From positions 8,928,001-8,992,000 of the forward strand of contig OX597839.1 of the NCBI GenBank assembly GCA_951406725.2: a DNA stretch of 64,000 nt, in the 5' to 3' direction. Shown piece after piece: positions 44,891-56,599 of the stretch. The DNA is from Octopus vulgaris (Eukaryota). The position numbers and the translations under genes are program-made. The notes under the pieces are model-generated. The model was not told where the DNA came from and searched no databases. It saw only the letters and a program-made list of their open reading frames with translations. The first letter of the stretch is position 1. The number at the start of each line of letters is the position of its first letter.

Positions 44891-45719
44891 TTGTGTGTCT
44901 GTGTTTGTCCCCCTGGCATTGCTTGACAACCGATGCTGGTGTGTTTATGTCCCCGTCACTTAGCGGTTCGGCAAAAAGAGACCGATAGAATAAGTACTGG
45001 GCTTACAAAGAATAAGTCCCGCGGTCGAGTTGCTCGACTAAAGGCGGTGCTCCAGCATGGCCGCAGTCAAATGACTGAAACAAGTAAAAGAGTATGTAAT
45101 GGAATACAGCCTCGCCTGCACCTACATGTGTGTGTGCGTGCGTATGTATTATATACACAATGGGTTTCTTTCGGTTTCTTATTTCTTTACTGGCCACAAG
45201 GGGCTACATACAGAGGGGACAAACAAGGACAGACAAATTGATTAAGTCGATTATATGGTGGCACATAAAAAGCACCCAATACACTCTCGGAGTGGTTGGC
45301 ATTAGGAAGGGCATCCAGCTGTAGAAACTCTGCCAGATCAAGATTGGAGCCTGGTGCGGCCGTCTTGTTTGCCAGCCCTTTTTCAAAATCGTCCAACCCA
45401 TGCTAGCATGGGAGGCGGACGTTAATCAATGATGATGATGATATCAACCCCAGCGCATAACTGGTACTTATTTAATCGACCCCAAAAGAATGAAAGGCAA
45501 AGTCGACCTCGGCGGAATTTGGGGCTTCTTTCAGTTTCTGTTCACCAAATCCACTGACAAGATTTCGGCGGGTCTGAGATAACCAAAGACACTCACTCAA
45601 TGTGTCACAGGATGGGATTGAACCCAAAGCCATATAATTTAAGAAAAACAAACTTCTTACCACACACAGCCCTGTGTGCCCTCTACCTGTGATTTCTTTT
45701 CTCTCTTTACCCTCTATTT

Positions 45720-45909
45720 ACTCTTTTCAGTCATTTGACTGCAGCCATGCTGGAGCACTGCCTTTCGTCGAGCAAATCGACCCCAGGACTGATTCTTTGT
45801 AAGCCCAGTACTTATTCTATCAGTCTCTTTTGCCGAACCGCTAAGTGACGGGGACGTAAACACACCAGTATCGGTTGTCAAGCAATGCTAGGGGGACAAA
45901 CACAGACAT

Positions 45910-45966
<57 letters not shown>

Positions 45967-46345
45967 TACGACAGGCTTCTTTCAGTTTCCTTCTACCAAA
46001 TCCACTCACAAGGCATTGGTTGGCCCGGGGCTGTAGAAATGAGTTGCGACGTCACAGGTGCCAAGCTGAATCGGCCCCTTTGCCTTTCTCTTGGATAACA
46101 TCGGTGACATGGAGAGGGGAGGCCGGTATGCATGGGCGACTGCTGGTCTTCCATAAACAACCTTGCCCGGCCTTGTGCCTGGGAGGGTAACTTTCTAGGT
46201 GCAATCCCATGGTCTGTGTCATGACCGAAGGGGGGGGGGTCAGAGATAGCAGAAGACACTTGCCCAAGATGCCACGCAGTGGGTCTGAACCCGGAACCAT
46301 GTGGTTGGTAAGCAAGCTACTTACCACACAGCCACTCCTGCGCCT
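45720..46345 (-). mobile_element. SINE family A, minus orientation, 38 bp from the exon donor, with a nested fragment of another SINE (46035-46240)
   Basis: Ends ...accacacagccactcctgcgcc. The nested piece resembles 7360-7537. Other minus copies at ~5413-5640, 17775-18100, 42400-42712, 49488-49905, 58149-58413. Confidence 0.85.
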
Positions 46346-46382
46346 TCTGATAATAAACAAACAAAAAAAGCAAAACACTTAC

Positions 46383-46954
46383 TCTGTTATGGTTCCCGTT
46401 CCAACAGCTTCGGCTAATTTTGCAGCAGCTTCAGCCGTTCGCATTTTCTTGGCATGGTTCTTGCCCTGGTAATGCTGCGTCGCTTGCTTGGGTGAGTTGA
46501 AGCACGCATCACAGATCTTACAGTAAATCTCCGAGTTGGGTTCTAGACTTGTGCTCGAGCTGCTGGATGTTGTAGTGGCCAAAGCGGTTGTGGTGCAGAG
46601 GTTAGTGGACGTGCTAGTGTTGTTGTTGTTGTTGTTACTGTTATTATTATTATTATTATTATTGTTACTATTGTTGTTGGCAGTGGTGTTGTTGGTGTTG
46701 TTATTGATGTTGTTGTTGTTTGCTTTTCCAGTTGATGTCGGGACGGACAGAGAAGTAGTGCTACTTGTGACTGTCTGTTCTGTCGAGCTGGTCGAGTTAT
46801 TATTTGGGTCTATCTTAGTGGAGGTAGAAGAGGTGGAGGAAGAGGAGGAGGAGAAAGAAGAGGAGGAGGAGGAAGAAGAAGAAGAAGTTGAGGAGGAAGA
46901 GGTGATAGATGTAGTCGTGATGGTTGTAGCATTCATAGAACTAGTGACCACTGC
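46383..46954 (-). CDS. Internal coding exon of a matrin/U1-type C2H2 zinc-finger RNA-binding protein (ZNF385/ZMAT/ZNF346-like)
   Basis: Polypyrimidine tract plus ttccag|GCA acceptor (phase 0) and ACAGA|gtaagt donor (phase 2). Translation is AVVTSSMN, S/T/N-rich tract, then IYCKICDACFNSPKQATQHYQGKNHAKK (C-x2-C-x12-H-x5-H with the H-x2-G-K-x-H matrin signature). Confidence 0.9.
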
Positions 46955-47044
46955 CTGGAAAAAATGAAAAGGAGAAAAAGTTAAAAAAGGTGAATTAAAA
47001 AATTTGTTTTTGAAGAAACACATTAACAGCAACAAGAAACCACA

Positions 47045-48168
47045 TCCAGCCATACCTGGCCCAGATATTCTACCTGTTTTATGTTCAAACTATCAAAATT
47101 TGGCCTCTCGCTATATGTCATACTAAAAATGTCCGATCACATCATTGAAATCTCAGAGTTCTAAGATCATGGATGATTAACCCTTTAGCATTTAAACCGG
47201 CCATATCCGGCCAAAAGTATTCGGCCTGTTTTATGGTCAAACTGGCCAGATCTGGTCTCTCACACCAACCCTACAATATCGTTTTCAAAATTAACAGCTA
47301 CCTCATCAAAATCTCATAGCTACAAGATAATGCATGATTAGTTCAAAACAATGTGGATAAAAAAGGATTAATTTTGGAAGAATAATGTGAACACTATCAG
47401 GTTAAGTCAAACTAATCATCATCATCATCATCATCATCATCAGCATCAGCATCGTTTAACATCTGCTTTCCATGCTAGCATGGGTTGGACGATTTTGACT
47501 GAGGGCTGACAAACCAGATGGCTGCACCAGGCTCCAATCTTGATCTGGCAGAGTTTCTACAGCTGGATGCCCCTCCTAATGCCAACCACTCCGAGAGTGT
47601 AGTGGGTGCTTCTTTGTGCCACCAGCACAAGGGCCAGTCAGGCGGTACTGGCAACGACCTCGCTCGAATGCTTTTTCACATGCCACCGACACAAGTACCA
47701 GTAAGGTGACGCTGGTAACGAACATGCTCGAATGGTGCCTTTTTCATGTCACTGGTATGGAAGCCAGTTAGCCACTGTGGCAACGATCCCGCTTGGATGG
47801 TGCTCTTATCACCCTACTAGTATGGGGCACAAGTGCCAGTAAGGCGACGCTGGTGATGATCACACTTGAATGGTGCCTTTTATGTGCCACCGGCATGGAA
47901 GCCAGTTAGATGCTCTGTCAACAATCACGCTCAGATGGTGCTCTTAGCGCCCCACTAGCATGGATGCCAGTCATCGAATTTGATTTTGATTTCACTTGCC
48001 TCAACAGGTTTTCGCAAGCAGAGTTTAGTGTCCAAAGAAGGAAAGGTATGCATAAGTGGGCTGGTTACGCCCCTGGCATAGGCCACGAGGTTATGGTCTC
48101 ATTTGGCTTGCCAGGTCTTATGAATTAATAAGCATTACATTTGACAGAATAATGTGAATGCTAAAGGG
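47045..48168 (+). mobile_element. piggyBac-type MITE containing a nested copy of itself (47181-47401) and a SINE
   Basis: Inner copy TTAA|CCCTTTAGCATT...TCAGG|TTAA sits at a TTAA of a homologous outer copy, which ends ...AATGCTAAAGGG|TTAG. Confidence 0.75.
47420..48120 (-). mobile_element. Family D SINE-like copy inserted in the piggyBac-type MITE
   Basis: (CAT)n then gtttaacatctgctttccatgctagcatgggttggac...gctggatgccc...ttcacttgcctcaacagg. Confidence 0.8.
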
Positions 48169-48569
48169 TTAGACCAGACATATGAAGCCCAAATATTGTA
48201 CCTGTTTTGTTTTTTTAATTCAAACTGGACAGATCAGGCCTCTCATACTTACACAACATTTCACATTGCTCCAGTCCACTCAGCTGGCAAAAATGAGTAA
48301 CGCTGCGATGGACTGGCATCCCATCCAGCTGAGGAACATATACGCCATGGAAACCGGGAAAAAGGGCCTGTGAGCCTGGCTAGGCTTTAAATAGGCGCAT
48401 TTGCTATTATTATATAATATAATAGAAAATAGTTAAAAAAAAAAACTGGATTCCGTCCAGTATTAATTTGTTTTAACAGTACAGAAAAATATATGCTATG
48501 CATTTGGATCTCGTTTGTGAAACTAATACTCATAAGGCTTGACGATTTAAATTGTCATGCAGAAAAATC

Positions 48570-48993
48570 GGATCTTTTCGGTTTGAACGGCAGTTTTTAA
48601 CATAATTTCTTGGTAACTAAAAAATCTTAAACTTCGAAAATACTGGTAGAATGTGTTTATAAAACATCTTTTTCTCTTGGCTTTATTGAGAAAATTCTAT
48701 AGTTTGTAAGATATTTGTTGTTTTTTTTCTTCAATTTCTGCAATTTCAACCAATCAATGACGTCCATTGAGGTAAAAAAAAAAAACACATTCTGTGCCGT
48801 ATGAATATGTCCCTCGTTTAAGAAAAAGATTGGGTTTATTTACATTTGTGAAGAAAAAAAGATACTCTTCCCCCCACCCCTAACCCTAAAACAGATTGAA
48901 ATGCAATAGATCAATACTAGGGTTATAATTATGGGTGACAATTTCATGTGACACCGCTAGAAAAAAAAACTGCCATTCAAACCGAAAAGATCC
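48570..48993. mobile_element. MITE with ~29-bp TIRs and a perfect 8-bp TSD (Merlin- or hAT-type)
   Basis: TIR GGATCTTTTCGGTTTGAAYGGCAGTTTTT at both ends. TSD gaaaaatc at 48562-48569 and 48994-49001. Confidence 0.88.
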
Positions 48994-49179
48994 GAAAAAT
49001 CTTACGATCTTTACAACAGAGAATTGAATAAAAATGTTCTAGACAAAGGGAGAGAACTCTTGATGGCTAAAAAAACTCAATTATTAAAATAACATTAAAT
49101 ATATTCCCTTGGTATCACCAAACCGTAACTGTGAGATTCACTCACCCGTTACCATTCAGGTTTCTTTCACAAACGTATT

Positions 49180-49350
49180 GCTTATTTATTCACATTGTTT
49201 TAAATTAATCACGTCACATTATTGTGTAGCTTCAAGGTTTCAATGGTGTATTTTAAGAACGACAGTGTAGGGTAGGTGTGAGGGGTTAGATCTGATCAGT
49301 TTTAACATTAAACGGGTAGAATATTTGGGCTGGATTAAACGCTAAGGGCC
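49180..49350 (-). mobile_element. Degenerate inverted copy of the piggyBac-type MITE
   Basis: Reverse-complement similarity to 47181-47360 (attcacattgtttt, gtagggtaggtgtgag, agatctg, gaatatttgggctgga). Confidence 0.6.
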
Positions 49351-50311
49351 TACCAAGGAAGTTTCTGCATGGTTTTTCCAATTGCTGGAAATAGCAGCCA
49401 AATCTGTAGTATATCTAACTATACTACCTTTAATAAGGAAGACAAAAAAGGAGATATCGGAGAATGTAATATCCTGGATACATTATACTCTTTTACTTGT
49501 TTCAGTCATTTGACTGCGGCCATGCTGGAGCACCGCCTTTAGTCGACCGAATCGACCCCAGGACTTATTCTTTGTAAGCCTAGTGCTTATTTTATCGGTC
49601 TCTTTTGCTGAACTGCTAGGTTACGGGGACGTAAACACATCAGCATCAGTTGTCAAGCGATGTTGGGGTGACAAACACAATATACACACACATATATATA
49701 TAAATATATATATATATCATAGATATATACACATATATACGACGGGCTTCTTTCAGTTTCTGTCTACCAAATCCACTCACAAGGCTTTGGTCGCCCCGAG
49801 GCTGTAGTAGAAGACACTTGCCCAATGTGCCACGCAGTGGGGCTGAACCCAGAACCATGTGGTTCGTAAGCAAGCTACTTACTACACAGCCACTCCTGTG
49901 CCTATACATGCAAAGAAAATAAAGACGACATGGAATGATCACAGATGCAATATAATTGATCATAGATCACAGTTCCACTCAAGCTGGGTTGACTCTGGTA
50001 GATAGACTCTGGTAGATAGACAGACACACAGACAGACAAGCAGACAGACAGACAGATAGATAGATATAAGGTGGCAAGCCAGAAGAAACGTTAGCACACC
50101 GGGCGAAATGCTTAGCGGTATTTTGTCTGTTTTTACGTTCTAAATTCAAACTCTGCCGAGGTCAACTTTGCCTTTCATTCTTTCCGGGTCGATAAATTAA
50201 GTACCAGTTACGCACTCGAGTTGATATAATCAACTTAATCCCTTTGTCTGTCCTTGTTTGTCCCCTCTATATTTAGCCCCTTGTGGGCAATAAAAAAAAA
50301 AGATAGATAGA

Positions 50312-50569
50312 TATGTTTCTTTATTAGCCACACAGGGCTGACACAGAGGAGACAAATTACAAAGCAGAGCTTTTCTTTTTGGGGAGAGAAAAAAAAAGGG
50401 GGGTAGGTTTTCGATCAAAAGGGATCGTTAAAAAAGAAACGATCAATAGGGATCGTGTATCACAGAAATGTCATGATGTAAAGTGTAAAGGGGGAAACAG
50501 ATAAGGTTTATCCGTGGAAAGGAAAGCCTATGGAAAAGACCACGGTAACCTCGGTCAATAATGTCACAT

Positions 50570-50609
<40 letters not shown>

Positions 50610-51139
50610 TGCTCCTTTATTAGCCATACAGAGGAGATAAATTACAAAGTAGAGCTTTTCTTTTTGGGGAGAGAAAAAAAAGGTGGGGTAGGTTTTTGAT
50701 CAAAAGGGATCATTAAAAAAGAAACGATCAATAGGGATCGTGTATCACAGAAATGTCATGATGTAAAGTGTAAAGGGGGAAACAGATAAGGTTTATCCGT
50801 GGAAAGGAAAGCCTATGGAAAAGACCACGGTAACCTCGGTCAATAATGTCAGATGTTGTAGATAGATAGATAGATAGATAGATAGATATGCTCCTTTATT
50901 AGCCATACAGAGGAGATAAATTACAAAGTAGAGTTTTTCTTTTTGGGGAGAGAAAAAAAAAGAGTGGGGTAGGTTTTCGATCAAAAGGGATCATTAAAAA
51001 AGAAACGATCAATAGGGATCGTGTATCACAGAAATGTCATGATGTAAAGTGTAAAGGGGGAAACAGATAATGTTTATCCGTGGAAAGGAAAGCCTATGGA
51101 AAAGACCACGGTAACCTCGGTCAATAATGTCAGATGTTG

Positions 51140-51141
<2 letters not shown>
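50312..51141 (-). repeat. Three tandem ~250-280-bp units separated by (GATA)n; likely retroelement 3' ends
   Basis: Near-identical units start at about 50312, 50610 and 50889 (ctttattagcca...gtaacctcggtcaataatgtc), each bounded by (GATA)n. Confidence 0.85.
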
Positions 51142-51187
<46 letters not shown>

Positions 51188-51629
51188 AAGGCAGGCAGAC
51201 AGGCAGACAGACGGACAGACACATAGATAGATGAAATATCTGCTTTTCCATGTTTGCATGGCTCAGATAGACGTTGTACAGCAGGATGCTACTTACATCG
51301 CTGGCTCTCACCTTGTTTCCATGCTAAGTAATATGTCACCATGCCCAGACATGATTCAACGACAGATACGAAATAAAGAACACTGCTTGCGTGACAGTGA
51401 TTCTCACTTACAGCCACTAAGTGATGTCAAGACAAGATGAGAGTAAATCACGCACACACACATATAGGCGCAGGAGTGGCTGTGTGGTAAGTAGCTTGCT
51501 AACCAACCACATGGTTCCAGGTTCAGTCCCACTGCGTGGCATCTTGGGCAAGTGTCTTCTGCTATAGCCTCGGGCCGACCAAAGCCTTGTGAGTGGATTT
51601 GGTAAACGGAAACTGAAAGAAGCCTGTCG

Positions 51630-51662
<33 letters not shown>

Positions 51663-52139
51663 CTGTGTTTGTCCCTCTCGCATTGCTTGACAACCGATGC
51701 TGGTGTGTTTACGTCCCCATGACTTAGCGGTTCGGCAAAAGAAACCGATAGAATAAGTACTGGGCTTACAAAGAATAAGCCCCGGGGTCGATTTGCTCGA
51801 CTAAAGGCGGTGCTCCAGCATGGCCGCAGTCAAATGACTGAAACAAGTAAAAGAGTAAAGAGAGTATATTAAGCTGATCGCTGGTGTAACCATGATGTTC
51901 TTGTGATCTCATGAGCTGGGGGTCCCCCCAACCCATTCATTGGTGAATGTACAGTTGTATTGCGCAATGTGGAGCATACATATTAATACAAACATGTAAG
52001 TATAATTTTTTCCCCAATGAAATAAATACTACATGAAGAACTTTGTGAAACAACCATAAACCTCAGGATGCTACATGGTTTAAATAAATAAAAATTCACC
52101 TCTCATATCACCTGGCTTTTATGATTTCTATATACATGT

Positions 52140-52147
52140 GTGTGTGC

Positions 52148-52179
<32 letters not shown>

Positions 52180-52830
52180 ATATATATATCTGTGCCAATG
52201 GCACCATCTGAATGTCGCCAATGCCTGTGCCGCCTTCACTGGCTTCCATGCCGGTGGCACGTAAAAAGCACCCACTACACTCATGGAGTGGTTGGCGTTA
52301 GGAAGGGCAACCAGCTGTAGAAACACTGCAGATCAGACTGCACCTTGGTGCAGCCTCCTGGCTTCTCAGACCCTGGTCGAACCGTCCAACCCATGCTAGC
52401 ATGGAAAACGGACATTAAACGATGATGATGATGATGACACACACACATACATGCATATGTATGTGTGTGTGTGTGTTTATATATATCTGTGCCAGTGGCA
52501 CCATCTGAACGTCGCCAATGCTAGTGCCGCTTTCACTGGCTTCCATACCAGTGGCACGTAAAAAGCACCAACCAATCGTGGCCATTGCCAGCCTGGTCTG
52601 GCACTGTGCTGGTAAAAAGCACCCACTACATTCACTGAGTGGTTGGCGTTAGGAAGGGCAACCAGCTGTAGAAACACTGCTAGATCAGACTGCAGCTTGG
52701 TGCAGCCTCCTGGCTTCCCAGACCCTGATCGAACTGTCCAACCCATGCTAGAATGGAAAACGGACATTAAACGATGATGACACACACACATACATGCATA
52801 TGTACATGTATGCGTGTGTGTGTGTATACA
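52140..52830 (+). repeat. Local tandem duplication of a family D 3' fragment with flanking microsatellite
   Basis: Two copies starting atatctgtgcca(a/g)tggcaccatctgaa (about 52186 and 52484), both ending (gat)n-acacacatacatgcatatgta. Confidence 0.8.
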
Positions 52831-53020
52831 GGGTGTGATGGGTAAATTGTCGCCATTTTATATTTTTAATTTTGCGCAAGAATATTGTTTCTTTTTGATT
52901 TTATTGACTACACAGTATAGTAGGGTCAGTCAGGCACCATCTGTGACGAAAACAGCACTATGACACAATTTAGTTTGCCAGAAATTTGAAGATGACATGC
53001 TCTACTGCTTAGCAATCATG

Positions 53021-53316
53021 TGGGGGAAAGAGTATCTTTTTTTCTTCACAAATGTAACTAAACCCAATCTGTTTCTTAAACGAGGGACATTTTCATACGG
53101 CACAGAATGTTTTCACCTCAACAGACGTCATTGATTGGTTGAAATTGCAGAAATTGAAGAAAAAAACAACAAATATCCTACAAACTATAGAATTTTCTCA
53201 ATAAAGCCAAGAGAAAAAGATGTTTTATAAACACATTCTACCAGTATACGAAGTTTAAAAGTGTTTAGTTACGTGGAAATTATTAAAAAAAACTGCTGTT
53301 CAAACTGAAAAGATCC
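53021..53316 (-). mobile_element. Truncated second copy of the 8-bp-TSD MITE, opposite orientation
   Basis: Reverse complement of about 48570-48876. Ends in ...CAAACTGAAAAGATCC. Confidence 0.85.
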
Positions 53317-53392
53317 CTTTTCCTTCTTTTCCAAGCATTTAACTAATACACCTACTTGTTCCGTCGCCTACCTTTTGCGTTTAGCAAATTTG

Positions 53393-53428
<36 letters not shown>

Positions 53429-53762
53429 GACAGGCTTCTTTCATTTCCCATCTGCCAAATCCACTCACATTTTGGTCAGTCTGAGATCGTAGTAGAAGAC
53501 AGTAGTTGCCCAATATATCACGCAGTGGGACTGAACCCAGAAACATGTGGTTGGGAAGCAAGAGTGAGGAATAGGGTTAAAAAGATAAGTCCTAAGGATT
53601 GATTTGTTCAACTAAAAACCCTTCAAGGCTGTGCTCCAGCATGGCCGCAGCCAAAGAGAAGAAAAGAATACATGATGTCTGCATTTGTAATCTGCCTTGA
53701 ACTCTAAAGTCACAAAATGAGCACCACAAAACTCATCTCACAAGTCATATATATATGTATAC

Positions 53763-53797
<35 letters not shown>

Positions 53798-53809
<12 letters not shown>

Positions 53810-54178
53810 GGCAGTTTGTCTGTGCGTTTTCTGTGTGTCTGTCAGGTTGTACCCTCACCCTGACCACGGCTTTCAACCGATTCTGATGAAACTTGACACA
53901 CACATAGCCCAATGTCATAATTCAAAACTAACGCAGCGAAAATTTTGAAAAGTTCCCCCAGTTCTGAAAAAAAATCGATAAATTCGACATGGGGTCGAGA
54001 ATCAGAAACCCAAACCACAGACCGTCTAGGGGACGCAACTCCACCTTTTTTAACTCTCAAAAAAAAAATTTACCATCATTTTTTTCCCATTTTTTTGCTA
54101 CTTTTTGGCTATAACTCTCTAAAAATGCTTTATAGTTATTTCCCTTACAAACCTGAGCAACGCCGGGCGTAGCTGCTA

Positions 54179-54179
<1 letters not shown>
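53798..54179 (+). mobile_element. Non-autonomous Helitron (related family)
   Basis: 5' TATATAAACGGCAG.TTGTCTG shared with the 26.5-kb element. 3' GC-rich hairpin (cctgagcaacgccggg) and terminal CTAG|T within a TA tract. Confidence 0.7.
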
Positions 54180-54226
<47 letters not shown>

Positions 54227-55469
54227 CATAATCATCATCATCGTTTAACGTCTGCTATCCATGCTAGCATGGGTTGGATGGTTCGACTGGGGTTCTGGGA
54301 AGCCACCAGGCTGCACCAGGCCCAGTCTGATCTGGCAGTGTTTCTACAGCTGGATGCCCTTCCTAACGTCAACCACTCCGAGAGTGCAGTGGATGCTTTT
54401 TACGTGCCACTGGCACACATGTGCCAGACCAGGCTGGCAACGGCCACGATTGGTTGGTACTTTTTACGTGCCACTGGCACGGAGGTCAGTCAGAGCGGCG
54501 CTGGCAACGGCCACATTCGGATGGTTCTTTTACGTGCCACCAGCATATATTATATATATATATGTGGAGGCGCAATGGCCTAGTGGTTAGGGCAGCAGAC
54601 TTGCGGTCGTAGGATCGCGGTTTCGATTCCTAGAATGGGCGTTGTGAGTGTTTATTGAGCGAAAACACCTAAAATCCCCACGAGGCTCCGGCAGGGGGTG
54701 GTGATCCCTGCTGTACTCTTTCACCACAACTTTCTCTCACTCTTTCTTCTGTTGGCCTGCTCGCTTAGCCAGCGGGGTGGCGTCATTTGAAGGCTAAAAC
54801 AATGCGAACGCATTGTGACCAGTGATGTGTAGCAACATCTGATAGCCTGGTCGGTCACAATGATATATATACCTTCCACACAGCCATATATAAGCACACA
54901 CACATGCATATGTATGCATGCATATACATACGTAATACCCATTTTGTTAAGTAAAACAGATATGGCTTTTAGTGGAGTAGAATGTGATTGCGTTCATAAA
55001 ATTCAGAAAAATAGTGTCATATTTACAGCAAATATACCAACGAGAAATTTATTTCATTTAATTGTATTTCAAGGTAATAAATATTTTACATCTGAAACTT
55101 AATATTCATTTCATCATTTTTGCATAAGCACTAAGAAATTTGATAGAAGTTGAGTTATAATTTATGTATATATACAATGTTGCCTGATATTACCCAAGGT
55201 GGGAAAACTATACTTCCAAAGTTATATTCCAATACATGTGTGTGCATGTACATACATATATGTATGTATAAATAACACACACACACACATTTCATAATAC
55301 TCTTTATGGGTACTAAAAATTCTGAGTCTAATGACTTTTTCTAGAGGTTCCAATTTCTAAAAATTAATGTTATACAAATCTGGCTTGTGAGATGTTTTGC
55401 GGTCTTTATCTTGTAATTCCTGAATACAAGTACAAACATTCACGTACATACAAAACATGCACACCATGA

Positions 55470-55652
55470 TAGATCACTAGCCACTACACATTCTTTACTT
55501 TCTCTTCGTTTCTTTCTGTCAAAGAGCATAGGCTCGAAATGTTAAAGACTTTTTCACTTCCCAAGCATTAAACTAATACATCTGTTTGTTGTCTACACCA
55601 CCTGTATTTGCCTTTTTGGGTTTTTTTTTTTTTTGTGAATTCTCCCTATATA
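55470..55652 (+). mobile_element. Related short repeat with a second degenerate hammerhead-like motif
   Basis: tcttt-CTGTCAA-a-GAGC-atag-GCTC-GAAA-TG-TT-aaaga at 55511-55548. Downstream sequence resembles 1085-1180 and 53317-53395. Confidence 0.45.
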
Positions 55653-56599
55653 CAGGCATGGCTGTGTGGTAAGAAGCTTGTTTCCCAATCACATGGTTCT
55701 GGGTTCATCCCACTGCATGGCATCTTAGGCAAGTGTCTTCTATAGCCTCAGGTGAGGGGATTTGGTAGACAGAAAGCCTTGTGAGGGGATTTGGTAGACA
55801 GAAACTGAAATAAACCCGTCGTATATATATATATCTTTTAATCTTTTCAGTCATTTGACTGTGGCCATGCTGGAACACAACCTTTAGTCGAGCAAATTGA
55901 CCCCAGCACTTATTCTTTAAGCCTCGTACTTATTCTATCGGTCTCTTTTGCGGAACCGCTAAGTTACAGTGACGTAAACACACCAGCATCGCTTGTAAGT
56001 TTGGATTTTATTCCCTCAAATAATAATTATTATTATTATTATTATTATAGGCGCATGAGTGGCTGTGTGGTAAGTAGCTTGCTAACCAACCACATGGTTC
56101 CGGGTTCATCCCACTGCGTGGCACCTTGGGCAAGTGTCTTCTGCTATAGCCCCGGGCCGTCCAATACCTTGTGAGTGGATTTGGTAGACGGAAACTGAAA
56201 GAAGCCTGTCGTATATATGTATATATATGTATGTGTGTGTGTGTTTGTGTGTCTGTGTTTGTCTCCCTAGCATTGCTTGACAACCGATGCTGGTGTGTTT
56301 ACGTCCCCGTCACTTAGCGGTTCGGCAAAAGAGACCGATAGAATAAGTACTGGGCTTACAAAGAATAAGTCCCGGGGTCGATTTCCTCGACTAAAGGCGG
56401 TGCTCCAGCATGGCTGCAGTCAAATGACTGAAACAAGTAAAAGAGTAAAGAGTAAAGAGTAATATATATATATATAAATATGTATATATAAATAAAGGAT
56501 TTTATAATGATATTTTATATTAATATGCCTATAGGCAATTTACACTTAAATTCAATGTTTAAGGATAACAAGATAAATAGCCTTTTCTGGCTGAAATCA

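Noticed and set aside
46955-47053. N-terminal extension MAGCGFLLLL... of the 224-aa ORF
   Set aside because: It is the intronic polypyrimidine tract upstream of the ttccag acceptor.
48876-48890. Telomeric repeat (ccctaa)2
   Set aside because: Only two units and internal to a MITE; not an interstitial telomere array.
49140-49180. Strong minus-strand donor (G|gtgagt) as the upstream zinc-finger exon
   Set aside because: The phase-0 frame needed to join 46954 contains a stop just before the donor, and the upstream sequence is MITE-derived.
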